Source of the DNA: Centroscyllium fabricii
Taxonomy: Eukaryota
Length of the DNA: 64,000 nucleotides
Direction of reading: 5' to 3'
Assembly (NCBI GenBank): GCA_051313645.2
Contig: JBNRSN020000019.1
Coordinates: 16,988,001 to 17,052,000 of the forward strand
In this document: one piece after another, positions 1 to 11,871 of the stretch
Layout: each line of letters opens with the position of its first letter
Position numbering within the stretch: position 1 is the stretch's first letter
Position numbers and translations under genes: made by a program
The notes under the pieces: generated by a model
Seen by the model: only the letters and a program-made list of their open reading frames with translations
Databases searched by the model: none
Told to the model about the DNA's origin: nothing

Positions 1-66
1 GCTGTCTCCTGTCCACAGCATCTCATCTCATTTTGAATACCTCTCAAAGTCTTTTCTCTTTTGTTA

Positions 67-790
67 GAAGTCACATAACACCAGGTTATAGTCCAACAGC
101 TTTATTAGAAATCACAAGCTTTCGGAGCGCTGCTCCTTCGTCAGGTGAAGTGAAGAGATGCACATAGGCACAGTATAGAAAGTCAGAAAACAATGCTAGT
201 TGATTACAGGTAATTTTTCTAACTGCCCTTTAGCACACCTGGGCAGAGAGATAATCACCGCAATCAAAGGTGTAAATGGTGTCCAAACAGGTCAGCCAGC
301 AAAACAATCCATCAAAGAACAATGAGGTGGGGTCACAAGAGGTCAAATGTTGCACATGCTGTATGAAAAACAAAAAACAAAGTAATAAAAAAAAAGAAAA
401 AAAAATGTTTTGCTGGAAATCACAGCAGGTCCAGCTGCATCTGTGTAGTGAGGACAAGCCAACGACGACTCGCGTCTGGATGACTCTACGTCGGGTGGGG
501 TTACATGTAGCGTGACATGAACCCAAGATCCCGGTTGAGGCCGTCCTCATGAGTGTGGAACTTGGCTATCAGCCTCTGCTCGACGATTTTGCGTTGTGTG
601 TCTCGAAGGCCACCTTGGAGAATGCTTACCCGAAGATCGGAGGCTGAATGTCCTTGACTGCTGAAGTGTTCTCCAACTGGGCGGGAACACTTCTGCCTGG
701 CGATTGTTGTGCGGTGTCCGTTCATCCGTTGTCGCAGTGTCTGCATGGCCTCGCCGATGTACCATGCTCCGGGGCATCCTTTCCTGCAAC
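67..790 (-). mobile_element. Penelope-like element 3' fragment (GIY-YIG end plus terminal repeat)
   Basis: WYIGEAMQTLRQRMNGHR...EHF...EQRLIAKF...GLNRD; shares its terminal sequence with the other copies. Confidence 0.9.
112..148 (-). ncRNA. Minimal type I hammerhead ribozyme motif in a Penelope terminal repeat
   Basis: On -: UCAC-CUGACGA-A-GGAGC(AGC)GCUCC-GAAA-GC-UU-GUGA. Intact core, 4-bp stem I, 5-bp stem II, palindromic AAGCUU in place of stem III. Confidence 0.75.
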
Positions 791-1595
791 GTATGTTTGT
801 TTTCTCTTTGTTACCCCCACCTCCCACCACCTTCCTGCTTGTTTCATTCCCCCAGCTTTAGTCTCGATAAAGGGTCCCAACCCGAAACGTCGACTCTATA
901 TTTCTCTCCACCGATGCTGCTTGGCCTGCTGAGTTTTTCCAGCATTTTCTGTTGTTTTTTCATCAGAGTGATTGTGCGCACAAGTCAAGTCACAGGTGCC
1001 AATTGGCCCATCACAATAAAAAGAGGCTGAACCAATGGAAATCTGCCTTTTAGTCTTCATCTCAGCAGCAGAGCTTAAGCCAACCAGGTGCAAAAACAAT
1101 AGTTTAGGGTGACAATGAATAAAAATGCTACACCTCCCTCCAGGCATAAGAACTGATGAGATGCAGATTAAACAGGTCTGACTATAAATTACAAACACAT
1201 TACAAAATGTAGCAGATAAATGGGCGTCCTGCCATAGAGCAATTAAGCAAAATCAGCAATTTGAAACAACGGCATAGAAACACAACTAACCTAATTATGG
1301 CAGAACAACTTCACCTTCTTAAGGATAAATGTCAGGAGAACAACAGAGGGAACAATTATTTTATGACCAAGCAATCTAGAAAAGCTGTTAAGCAGCGAAT
1401 AAGCCTGGTGATCAAGCTTAGAAAAAAAGTGGCAATAAATAATTCAATCTTAAGGAATGACCAGCGTTTGGTCACAAGAGTCAGTGAAGGAGGATTGGGA
1501 GAGTGAGTGATTAGTAATCTCTTTTGCCATATTTTGAGAAGATGGCAAAAACTAAGCACAGGATGCAGCCTTGCCCAAAGAACGAAACAAAGGAC

Positions 1596-2128
1596 TTGCA
1601 CACGACAACGCAAAATCGTCGAACAGAGGCTGATAGCCAAGTTCCGCACCCATGAGCACGGCCTCAACCGTGATATTGGCTTCATGTCACGCTACATGTG
1701 ACCCCACCTGACGTAGAGTCATCCAGACTCGAGTCGTCTTTGACTTGTTCTCACTACGCGGATACGGCTGCGATTTCCAGTAAGAAAAATCTTTTAAAAT
1801 CATTCTGTGAGTTTTCACAGACACCAGACTGTAACATTTGACCCTTTGTGACTGCACCCTTTGATCTCAGGCTGACTGATATGTTAGAACACCTTTGATT
1901 GCTTTGATGTCTCTCTGCTGAGGTGTGATGTTGAACAGTTGGAGAGAATACATTGTTCTCTCCCTCTATATATATGCTGTGTTTAAATGAATCTCTTCAC
2001 TTCACCTGATGAAGGAGCAACGTCCGAAAGCTTGTGATTTCAAATAAAACTGTTGGACTATATATAACCTGGTGTTGTGTGACTTCTTGCATTTGTCCAC
2101 CCCAGTCCAACACCGGCACCTCCACATC
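1596..2128 (+). mobile_element. Penelope-like element 3' fragment
   Basis: RKIVEQRLIAKFRTHEHGLNRDIGFMSRYM*, followed by the family terminus (ctataacctggtgttgtgtgacttc...ccggcacctccacatca). Confidence 0.9.
2002..2037 (+). ncRNA. Minimal hammerhead ribozyme motif (Penelope)
   Basis: UCAC-CUGAUGA-AGGA(GCAACG)UCC-GAAA-GCUU-GUGA. Confidence 0.7.
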
Positions 2129-4130
2129 ATTGCATTTATACAGCACCTTTCATAACTTTAGGATATCCCAGCCGCTTCACAACCAATGCTGTGCTTTTTT
2201 GAAGTGTAGTCACTGCTGTACTATAGGAAATATGGCAGCCATTTCACGCACAGCAAGGTCCCACAAACAGCAATGTGATAATGGCTTGATAATCTGTTTT
2301 AGTGATGTTGCTTGAGGGAGAAATATTGGCCAGGACTCCGGGAGAACTCCCCTGCTCTTCTTCGAATAGCGCCATGGGATCTTTTACGTCCACCTGAGTG
2401 GGCAGGCAGAACTCGGTTTCATAGAATCATAGAAATTTGCAGCACTGAAGGCCATTCAGCCCATCTTGTCTGTGCCGGCTGACAAAGAGCTATCCACCCT
2501 AATCCCACTTTCCAGCACTTGGTCCGTAGCCTTGTAGGTTACGGCACTTCCAAGTCTATATCCAAGTACTTTTTAAATGCCATGAGGGTCTCTGCCTCTA
2601 CCACCCTTTCAGGCAGTGAGTTCCAGATCCCCACCATCCTCTGGATGAAAACATTTCTCCTTAACTCCCCTCTAATCCTCCGGCCAATTACTTTAACTCT
2701 GTGCCCCCTGGTTATTGACCCTTCTGCTCGGGGAAATAGGTCCTTCCTATCCACTCTAGCTAGGCCCCTCATAATTTTATACACCTCAATTAAGTCTCCA
2801 CTCAGCCTCCTCTGCTACAAAGAAAACAACCCCAGCCTATCCAATCTTTCCTCATAGATAAAACTCTCCAGTCCTGGCAACATCCTTGTAAATCTCCTCT
2901 GTACCCTCTCAATTCAATTCAATTCAATTCAAGTTTTATTGTCTTTGCAGAGTACTAGTACAATACAACGAGACGAAGACTCGACGCTCCCGAGAGTAGT
3001 GCAAATAAATTACATGGAAATTGCATACAGTAAAGTACATTTTCAGGTGTGCAGGTACCGGAGTTTATTTTAGAGTTCAGGAGGCTCTCTAGTGCAATCA
3101 CATCTTTCCTGTAATGTGGTGACCGGAACTGCACGCAGTACTCTAGCTGAGGCCTAACAGTTGAAGCATAACCGCCCCCGCTCTTGTATTCTATGCCTCG
3201 ACTAATAAACTCAGTAGTACAATAAAACCTCAGCCGACCTTGTAAGAATTAAGCAAAGACTGAAAAGTGGTTTCAATGACATCACTGTTCCATCAGCTTG
3301 TTGCAGTTTCGATAAGAGTAAATAAGGGGAAGCTATTTCCAAGGCTGCAGGGTCAATAACCAGAGGACACAGATTTAAGATTATTGGCAAATGAACAGAG
3401 GGAAGATGAGGTGATTTTTTTTAATGCACCAAGTTATGATAATCTGGAATGCACTACCTGAAAAATATGCAGGGCTATGGGGAAATTGGGGCTAATTGGA
3501 TAGCTCTTTCAAAAAGCCAGCACAAGCTAGATGGATCGAATGGCCTCCTTCTGTGCTGAAAGATTCTATGATACTATGAATAACCAACAGTGATGACATC
3601 ATGCTAGTGCTGTAAACCAACAGAAAATGCAAGGCAGCAAAGTCCAACCTTCGTTTGCATGAATTTTCTCCATTAAATGAGGCTCACACACTTGAGCAGT
3701 TCCAGCCTCCTGCTTCCCAGCTTGTGCCTTCCAGCACATTTTAAATGCTCGGCCCTTGGTGCCCGATTGTCACCTTGTGTCCGGGAGCAAAAAATCTTCC
3801 CTTTAAAAACAGTTTTACCATTCAGGTTCATACTGTGAGCAGAACATTATCGGCTTAATGACCAGATCAATCATTCTGGCCAGTGTTCCCGTCGACAGCC
3901 TAACTTAACGAATAGCTTTATCTTGAAAACCAATAGCTTGCCATTAAGGAGAGATGGTAATCATCCCTGTATTGAACATTTCCATCACCTGGTTCAATTG
4001 TTGGTGCATGCAACTTATAAATTGCCACCTTGTCGATAACAATAGTTATTTCCAGTTATTTGTATAATTGCACCCTACCCCCTGCAAAGGCAACAGAAAA
4101 TAGTTCGAGTTTTGTTTCAAATTCACAATA

Positions 4131-5305
4131 CAGGTTGGGCACCGTTAATCCGGCACCAGATGGTCCGGCACCTTCAGTGATCCGGCACGAAATCAAAGCA
4201 GTGGACTTCAGTTTGCCGAGCAGACGCTCGGCGGCGCCAGCGTTTCCCGCGGTTTGGTTTGCTGGTATTTTAAGTGTTCTATCCCCGGGCTCCCTCCCAG
4301 GGAGTGTTCCTCCAGCGCGCTCCGGCCCCGGGGAGTGCTCTACCACATGCTCCGGCCCCGTGGAGTGCTCTACCACATGCTCCGGCCCCGTGGAGTGCTC
4401 TACCACATGCTCCGGCCCCGTGGAGTGCTCTACCACATGCTCCGACCCCATGGAGTGCTCTACCACATGCTCCGGCCCCGTGGAGTGCTCTACCACATGC
4501 TCCGGCCCCGTGGAGTGCTCTACCACATGCTCCGGCCCCGTGGAGTGCTCTACCGCGTGCTCCGGCCCCGTGGAGTGCTCTACCACATGCTCCGGCCCCG
4601 TGGAGTGCTCTACCACATGCTCCGGCCCCGTGGAGTGCTCTACCACATGCTCCGGCCCCGTGGAGTGCTCTACCGTGTGCTCCGGCCCCGTGGAGTGCTC
4701 TACCACATGCTCCGGCCCCGTGGAGTGCTCTACCACATGCTCTGGCCCCGTGGCGTGCTCTACCACATGCTCCGACCCCGTGGAGTGCTCTACCACATGC
4801 TCCGGCCCCGTGGAGTGCTCTACCACATGCTCCGGCCCCGTGGAGTGCTCTACCACATGCTCCGGCCCCGTGGAGTGCTCTACCGCGTGCTCCGGCCCCG
4901 TGGAGTGCTCTACCGCGTGCTCCGGCCCCGTGGAGTGCTCTACCACATGCTCCGGCCCCGTGGTGTGCTCTACCACATGCTCCGACCCCGTGGAGTGCTC
5001 TACCACATGCTCCGACCCCGTGGAGTGTTCTACCACATGCTCCGGCCCCGTGGAGTGCTCTACCACATGCTCCGGCCCCGTGGAGTGCTCTACCACATGC
5101 TCCGGCCCCGTGGAGTGCTCTACCGCGTGCTCCGGCCCCATGGCGTATTCTACCCGCGTGCCCCGGCCCCGGGGAGTGTTCCACCCACGAGCTTTGTCCG
5201 GCATCTTCAGCGGTCCTTAGACTGTTTTACCGCGCGCTCTCCGAACCTTCAGTGGTTCGGAATTTTCAGTGGCCCGAGGGTGCCGGATTACCGGTGCTCA
5301 ACCTG
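4131..5305. mobile_element. pogo/Tigger-like MITE with an internal expanded minisatellite
   Basis: TA|CAGGTTGGGCACCGTTAATCCGGCACC ... GGTGCCGGATTACCGGTGCTCAACCTG; short sister copy at 24570-24961. Confidence 0.85.
4321..5190. repeat. 30-bp minisatellite, about 29 units (TCCGGCCCCGTGGAGTGCTCTACCACATGC)
   Basis: Directly visible tandem array with few variant positions. Confidence 0.98.
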
Positions 5306-6511
5306 CATATTAGTTTATGTAAAACTTCACAAAGAAAAAATGTAAGCGATTTGCCGGTTTGGAAATGGGAGTTCTGCTTCTGTCAGAAGGATTAGAACTG
5401 GCACACAACCATACGTCAGACAGCTAGCATCATAAGTTCTGTCAGTGCTTCTTTGCCTCTGCATTTCTGGTTTCTCCCCTCAACTATTTTCTCTCTCTCA
5501 TTTCACTTCTCAGGTTTGTGGCCCCTGCTCTATTTTTCCCCTTCTCTCGCGGTATTTTATTTACTCGTTTGATTTGCTTGCCTTTCTTTCCACTTTCTGA
5601 GTCTATTTTTCCATCTTCCGTGTCCCGATCCAGCTGCCACGTGGGAAGGGACTCTCCGTATCCAGCAAGAGTGGTCCAGAGAAGAGACACGGAGGCCTTT
5701 TCTTTATTTTCATCGAATTTTCTTAATATTGGGCTGATCAGTGGCGCCTCATTGAGCAGCAATCACTAGAACCCTGCCACAGAAGGCGTGGCCCGTTGAC
5801 AGTCCCAGGCAGTCAGAAAGACAGGAAGAAGAAAATAATTTCAGCTGAAATATCAGCCCATTATCAAGAGGCTGATTCCATGGCAGATTCCAAGCTTTTG
5901 AAAGGCAAATGGATGGATTGGCTTCGAATTTTAATCGATAGTGGCTATCACCATTCGGCTGCACACTAAATAACATCTGATCACTCATACTCCCGGTTGG
6001 AAAAAAATAATCAGATGGAATACACTTGGTATTTTAAAAGCAGAGCCATAGCTGAATTGCAAGGAGTTGGATTTAAAATATCCTATTTAGAGCAGATGGC
6101 AATCTGTTGTTTCAGTTTTACTGTTATTTATGTAATTTCCTCCCCCTCAGCCATTCTCGAGGAACAGCACCTCATCTTTCGCTTAGGCACTCTACAGCCC
6201 TCTGGACTAAACAGAGAGTTCGACAATTTTAGGTCATAACCTCGGCCCCTACCACACTTTTTAATGTATTTTCTCTTTTTTTCAATCCACTTTCATCTGG
6301 GCTTTTTTCTTTACTCTGCCAGAGCCGTTCACACCTATCCAGAGCCATCCTGTGTTCCTTGAATTTCTCCGCATATCTCTTATCTCCCCCGCCTTCTAGC
6401 CTGTCGCTGATCTTTCCTTTGTTCTTTCAGCCCCCCCTCCCCCTTTCCCCAGCCCCCACAAGCTTTAAAATTTACTCCCCCCCCCCCCCTTCCCCCCTTC
6501 CCGGCTTCTCC

Positions 6512-6548
6512 AGTTCTGAAGAAAGGTCATCGACTTGAAACGTTAACT
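6512..6548 (+). ncRNA. Minimal hammerhead ribozyme motif of a second Penelope-derived family
   Basis: AGUU-CUGAAGA-A-AGGUC(AUC)GACUU-GAAA-CG-UU-AACU with the palindrome AACGUU. It lies downstream of a GIY-YIG C-terminal remnant (LEEQHLIFRLGTLQPSGLN, about 6160-6239). Confidence 0.7.
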
Positions 6549-7082
6549 CTGTTTCTCTCTCCACCAATGCGGCCTGGCCTGCTGAGTTTCTCCAGCGTTT
6601 TCTGTTGTTATTTCGGATTTCCAGCATCCGCAGTATTTTGCTATCGCATTCTTGAAATGTTTTCAGTTTGATATTTATCAGTGAAAATGTTGATTTTTTT
6701 TTTGGAAACGCAGCCAACATTTTTATTATCGAGAAACTTAGGCCAATGACCAATGCTGCAGGACGCAGGAAGCATTTTTTCCCCAAAGGATAGTGGAGAC
6801 CTAGGACACTTCTCTCAAAAGGCTGTGAATGCTAGGTCAGTTGAAATTTTCAAGACTGAGATTGATTTTTTGTCAGGTAAGGGTGTCAAGGGGTATAGAA
6901 CAAAGGCAGGTAAATGGTGTGGAGGTTCAGATCCGTCATGAAGGGCTGAATGGCCTACTGACTGTGTTCCAATAGTCAAGCTTGAATTGTAAAGCTGAAG
7001 ATTATAGGAGGAAGAGTACGGGGAAAATATGTTCAGAGCAGGAAAGGGTGTGACAAGTGTGGATTTCCAGTGAGGCTCGTTT

Positions 7083-8600
7083 ATTCAATTCAACTTTATT
7101 GTCATTGCACAGTCCACAAGCACAGCACAACGCAAAGTGAGCGCGCAAGCTCCCAAGACACGGCATAAGTCATTAAGTCACAAAGTATACAGAGTTATAA
7201 ATATAAAATAAATAAATAAAGAGTGCAAAAAGCAGTTCAAAGAGCAGATGAGCAAGGGTTGGGGAGAAAATGGGGCGATAGTGCAGTGCGTGAGGGGAGG
7301 GGCGGGGGGGGGGGGGGGAGGCAGCCGATGGTGGGCAGAGTTAGTGTTGAGTGACAGAGTTCTGCTGGGTAACAGCCCGAGGGAAGAAGCTGTTCCTGAG
7401 CCTGGTCGTGCGGGCTCGAATGCATCTGTCGCGCCTCCCAGATAGCAAAAGGGCAAACAGTCTGTGGCTGGGATTGGTTGGGTTCCCTGGTGATTTCCGC
7501 AGGCAACATTTCTGGTAAATGTCTTGAATGGCAGGTAGCTGGGTGCCGGGGATGTACTGGGCAGTTTTGACTACCCGCTGCAGGGCTTTCCAGTCAGAGG
7601 TGGAGCAGCTGCCAGACCATACCGTGATGCAGTTGGTCAGGATGCTTTCTGTTGTGCACTCGGTTAATCCCAGGGATGAGGGGTTGGACATATGAGGAGA
7701 GGTTGAGTAGATTGGGCCTCTACTCATTGGAGTTAAGAATGAGGGGTGATCTTATTGAAACATATAAGATGGTGAAGGGGTTGGATCGGGTGGATGCGGG
7801 GAGGATGTTCCCAATGATGGGTGAAACTAGAACTAGGGGGCATAATCTTAGAATAAGGGGCTGTTCTTTCAAAACTGAGATGAGGAGAAACTACTTCACT
7901 CAGAGGGTAGTAGGTCCACGGAACATGCTGTCCAAAAAAGCTGTAGAAGCTACATCATTACATAAATTTAAAACAGAAATAGACAGCTTCCTAGAAGTAA
8001 AAGGGATTAAGGGTTACGGGGAGCGGGTAGGAATTTGGACATGAGTCTAGGTTCAGATCGGTCATGGCCCTGTGGGTAGTGGAGTGGGCCCAGGGACCGT
8101 GTAGCCTGATCCTGCTCCTATTTCCTGTGTCTAATTCTGTTAGATTCAGGAGATGGGTCTGTGATAGTAGATTGGTGGTTAGGATCAGATCAGCCAGGAT
8201 CTTATTGAATGGCGAAGCAGGCTCGAGGGGCCGATTGGCCTACTCCTGCTCCTATTTCTTATGTTATGTGCAGCAGTTGCACTTGGAGAGAAGCTGGGAG
8301 GACAGGTTAACTTTCTTCAGCCTCCGCAGGAGGTATAGGCGCTGCTGAGCTTTCTTCAACAAGGAGGATGAGTTGAGGGACCATGAGAGGGCCTCTGTGA
8401 TGTGGATGCCCAGGAACTTGAAGCTGCAGACCCTTTCCACCTCAGCCTCATTGATGTAGATGGGGGGGGGGGAAGGCAGTGTCTGATGTCTCTGGACTTC
8501 CTGAAGTCCACAATGAGCTCCTTGGTCTTCTTGGTGTTGAGGGACAGGTTGTTGTCAGCGCTCCACGTCACAAGATGTTGGACCTCTTCTCTATAGGCTG
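7083..8600 (-). mobile_element. Rex1/Babar LINE fragment of a second subfamily, interrupted by a CR1 3' end (about 7653-8270, +)
   Basis: WSADNNLSLNTKKTKELIVDFRK and ESILTNCITVW...NSFFPRAV. Confidence 0.85.
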
Positions 8601-8904
8601 AGTTTATAGTTTAGGCTGAGTTTATAGTTTATAGTTCAAATGTAAAGGAAGGAAAGTTTAGAGGAACACTTAAAATAAATAAAAGTAGAAGAAAGGCTGT
8701 GATTGAGAGAGGGAGGTTTGAGGCTAATGAGGAATCACACACAAGAGGATGGATTTTTCTTGTATTCCATCCAGAGGTACAAGAGAAATATTGAAAGATA
8801 CGGGAGCATATTCAAATCTTGGACAGAATTGGGCTTTATAGAGGATGAAGAGTGGTATATATTTAGATGGCGTGTTTAAATTGTTTTGTTTTGCTCTCCT
8901 ACAG

Positions 8905-9248
8905 TTGCAGCAGTCTCCATAGGAATGAACTGCGAACTTAACAAAATCCCACCACTGATGGTGGCAACGGAAAGCTTAATTGGAAAGACAGAAGAAAAAT
9001 GGGATGTGATTCTTTTAGGCGACATGTTTTATGATGAAGAACTTGCTGCTGATCTTCACGATTGGCTCACAGAATACAAGAGGTTTCACAGATCAGAGAT
9101 TCTAATTGGGGATCCTGGAAGAGCGCAGTTCACAAGTTACATTGCACAGAATTGGTTGCAGAAGGTCATAGAGTATAAGCTTCCTGAGACTACCAAGGAG
9201 GAGAATTATGGATTGACTTCGAGCGCTGTGTGGAGATTTTTGTCATAG
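8905..9248 (+). CDS. ETFBKMT: ETFBKMT/METTL20 (ETF beta-subunit lysine methyltransferase), last coding exon; upstream exons were not found in the window
   Basis: Polypyrimidine tract and acceptor (ttgctctcctacag|) precede a frame reading VAAVSIGMNCELN...WDVILLGDMFYDEELA...ILIGDPGR...EENYGLTSSAVWRFLS*. This matches the recalled ETFBKMT C-terminal half (GDMFYD and LIGDPGR motifs). Tail-to-tail adjacency to AMN1 is as recalled for human. Confidence 0.93.
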
Positions 9249-9852
9249 GACACAACTGGAATAAGTACTGGGCATTTCCTGTCAGGAGTGGGAATTCTGG
9301 TTGACTTTAGCCCAGCAAAGACCCGGAATTGAAACTGGGACCCTCGAATCGGTAATATTCTATCACAGCAGTGGCTTGCTTGAGTTGCATGTCAGGCAGA
9401 CTAGATATGGTCTCTCTTTTCTTATGCCAAATTACCAATTTATTGCAGCAGGATTTGAACTCATGAGTTCCAAGTTGTTAGTCCAGTACCATAACACTAC
9501 CATACCCTTCCTGGCATTTAAAAACAAATGACTATTCAGTTGAACCCAATAACTTTTTTTGTTATCAAGCAGACACTTAATTTCATTTGTACCAATATTT
9601 ATTTGTACATCACAGCAAAACAAAATGGGGATGGTGCCAATATATCATACACAACCACATGCTACACTGCACATATACAAACATTCTATACTGTACTCAG
9701 CAACTGAATTGGATCAAAATAAACATTTAATTGATAATTACCTGGTCACATAAATTTTACTGCAGAATGCTCAGAACAGCTGTTGCTATTGTATGGAAAT
9801 TACAGAACATTAGTTGTTAATTACCAAATATTAAATGGTGGAAAAATTAAAT

Positions 9853-9926
9853 TCAGTAAACGGTCCACGTCACTTGTTTCATTTGGTTGGGGCAGACTAA
9901 CTGTTGCAGAGCTTCTCTTGAACGAT
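9853..9926 (-). CDS. AMN1: AMN1 exon 7, terminal coding part (74 nt; DRSREALQQLVCPNQMKQVTWTVY*)
   Basis: Acceptor tttttgatag| and the conserved C-terminus KQVTWTVY-TGA. The seven exon lengths sum to 771 nt, an intact frame. Confidence 0.94.
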
Positions 9927-10217
9927 CTATCAAAAAATAAATAAAGCATAGCAAAGTTGAAGAGAACATTTATTAGAGTTTTATTCCTCTCCTGAATTTT
10001 CTTCCTTTGAAGACGTTAAGTCTTGATGCTTCAACAGCGGCCAGCAGCCCTCCGGTACCTCACATAAGGAGCCGTTATTCACACAAGGCGATGCTGCGAG
10101 TGCTGGCAGCTTCATCGATCTTGGGAGGCATTGCAGCCGCACTCGATCATGTTTTTGCCCCAGAGTGCAGAAAAATCAGCCAGGTTTCCGACTCCCGATT
10201 GCTACCCAATCACAGTA

Positions 10218-10734
10218 CAGGTCCGACACCGTTAATCCGGAACCGGCGGGGTGCCGCCGGTTCCGGATTAGTGAAAAATCTGAACGATTGAAGCTTTGGC
10301 GAGCGCATGCGCAGACCATTCAAAATGGCAGCCACGAAGGCTGGCGGCCAGTTTGAATGGTCTGCGCATGCGCTCGCCGAAGCATCAATCATTCGGGGAG
10401 AGGCCCGGGCCTGCGCAGCCAAGCGCGGTGGCCATTTTGCGCATGCGCCGACCAGTCTGGCAGTCGGGGAGAGGCCCGGGTATGTCCAGCTGAGCGCGGC
10501 AGCCATTTTGCGCATGCGCAGACCAGTCAGTCGGGGTGAGGCCCGGGCATGCGCAGCCGAGCGCGGCGGCCATTTTGCGCATGCGCAGACCAGTCTGGCA
10601 GTCGGGGTGAGGTCCGGGCATGCGCAGCCATGCGCGGCGGCCATTTTGTGCATGCGCGGACCAGTCGTCCGGATTCGTTCCAGACGACTGAAGTTTCCGG
10701 ATTACCGGTGTCTGGATTAACGGTGCCGGACCTG
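10218..10734. mobile_element. pogo/Tigger-like MITE with tandem GCCATTTT/GCGCATGCGC units
   Basis: TA TSD; TIRs CAGGTCCGACACCGTTAATCC / GGATTAACGGTGCCGGACCTG. Confidence 0.85.
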
Positions 10735-11193
10735 TAGCTGGAAAACAAATCTGTGTATGTGTGAACAGGCTGTGATATTTCCATGGTAGATTATCCTACC
10801 AGCGCTCGCTCACACATCAAGAACAACCACTTGGGCAAGAGGCTGAGAGGGAACACCAGAGCAGAGTCTGAGTCTGATCCTGTCCTTACCTGACCACCAT
10901 CCAAGCCATTTCCAGCAGGGAGTGCTGGCTAGTAATCAGGAGGAGGCACCATGGCTGCTTTCCCCTTCCCTTGCCTGAGGTGCTGAGGCCTACCGTGCCC
11001 ACAGCTGAGGTCAGCTAGCTCAGTACGGACCAGGGGCCGGGCCTGGAATCTTACCGCGAGGCTCAATACTGTGCAGGACGGGGCATGTCCCCACTAAGCC
11101 CTTGAATCCTTATTTCTTATTCCATTTGGAGTTTACAACAGCAGCAAAATTGAATACACAAGTCAGAAGGATTGATCCTGCGTGCTGACTCAC

Positions 11194-11305
11194 CTGTGAT
11201 AAGTGGGCAACCATGGAAAAGTAGAATGAAAATGTGGGGACAGAAAATGAGTACACTTTCCACAGCTTCATCAGTTAGGTTCACGCAGCGGTCCATATGA
11301 ATCTC
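11194..11305 (-). CDS. AMN1: AMN1 exon 6 (112 nt)
   Basis: Acceptor ctttag|, frame [37 protein letters not shown], donor |gtgagt. Confidence 0.94.
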
Positions 11306-11871
11306 CTAAAGAAAAGGCATTTGATGTTAAAACTACTTTGGAAGATGAAGTTTTACTTCCCCCAGCAACATCTCAAAGCACTTCACATCTAGTGAATTAC
11401 TTTGAGGTGCAATGGTTATTGTTAAATAGACAAATGCAGCCGCCATTTTTTCAAAAAGCAAGATTTAACAAACAGCAATGAGATAACTAATTAGATTTTA
11501 TGGTTTCTCTTTTTGGTGGGTTTGTCATGGGAGGAATGTTGGCCAAAGAAAATGTCCTGCTCTTCAAATAGTGCATGGGTATCCATCTGAACCACAGTAT
11601 CAGGAGGACAACACTTCTGTTTAACATCTCATCTGAAAGATGGCACCTCCAACAATGCAGCACCTCAGCATTGTTGACTCAGCAATAAAACTGTTAAGCA
11701 GACATTAAACAAAACAGCAATGTGTTTATTTATCACCATCTACACTCCCAAAAATCAGTCAAGCAAGCACAAGCACCTTATGGTAGTCAAGGTTTTGCAG
11801 TACCTTTTCTTACGAACAGGAATCACAAGGTTCATATTTTCAAATGAAACAATGGTGCTTTCTTCTGCACT

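Noticed and set aside
4321-5190. CRISPR-like array of 30-bp repeats
   Set aside because: The units are directly tandem with no unique spacers, there are no cas genes, and the context is eukaryotic.
4030-5395. Five overlapping 300-400 aa ORFs (Cys-, His- or Pro-rich repeats)
   Set aside because: They are produced by a stop-free 30-bp minisatellite inside a MITE; there is no splice or homology support.
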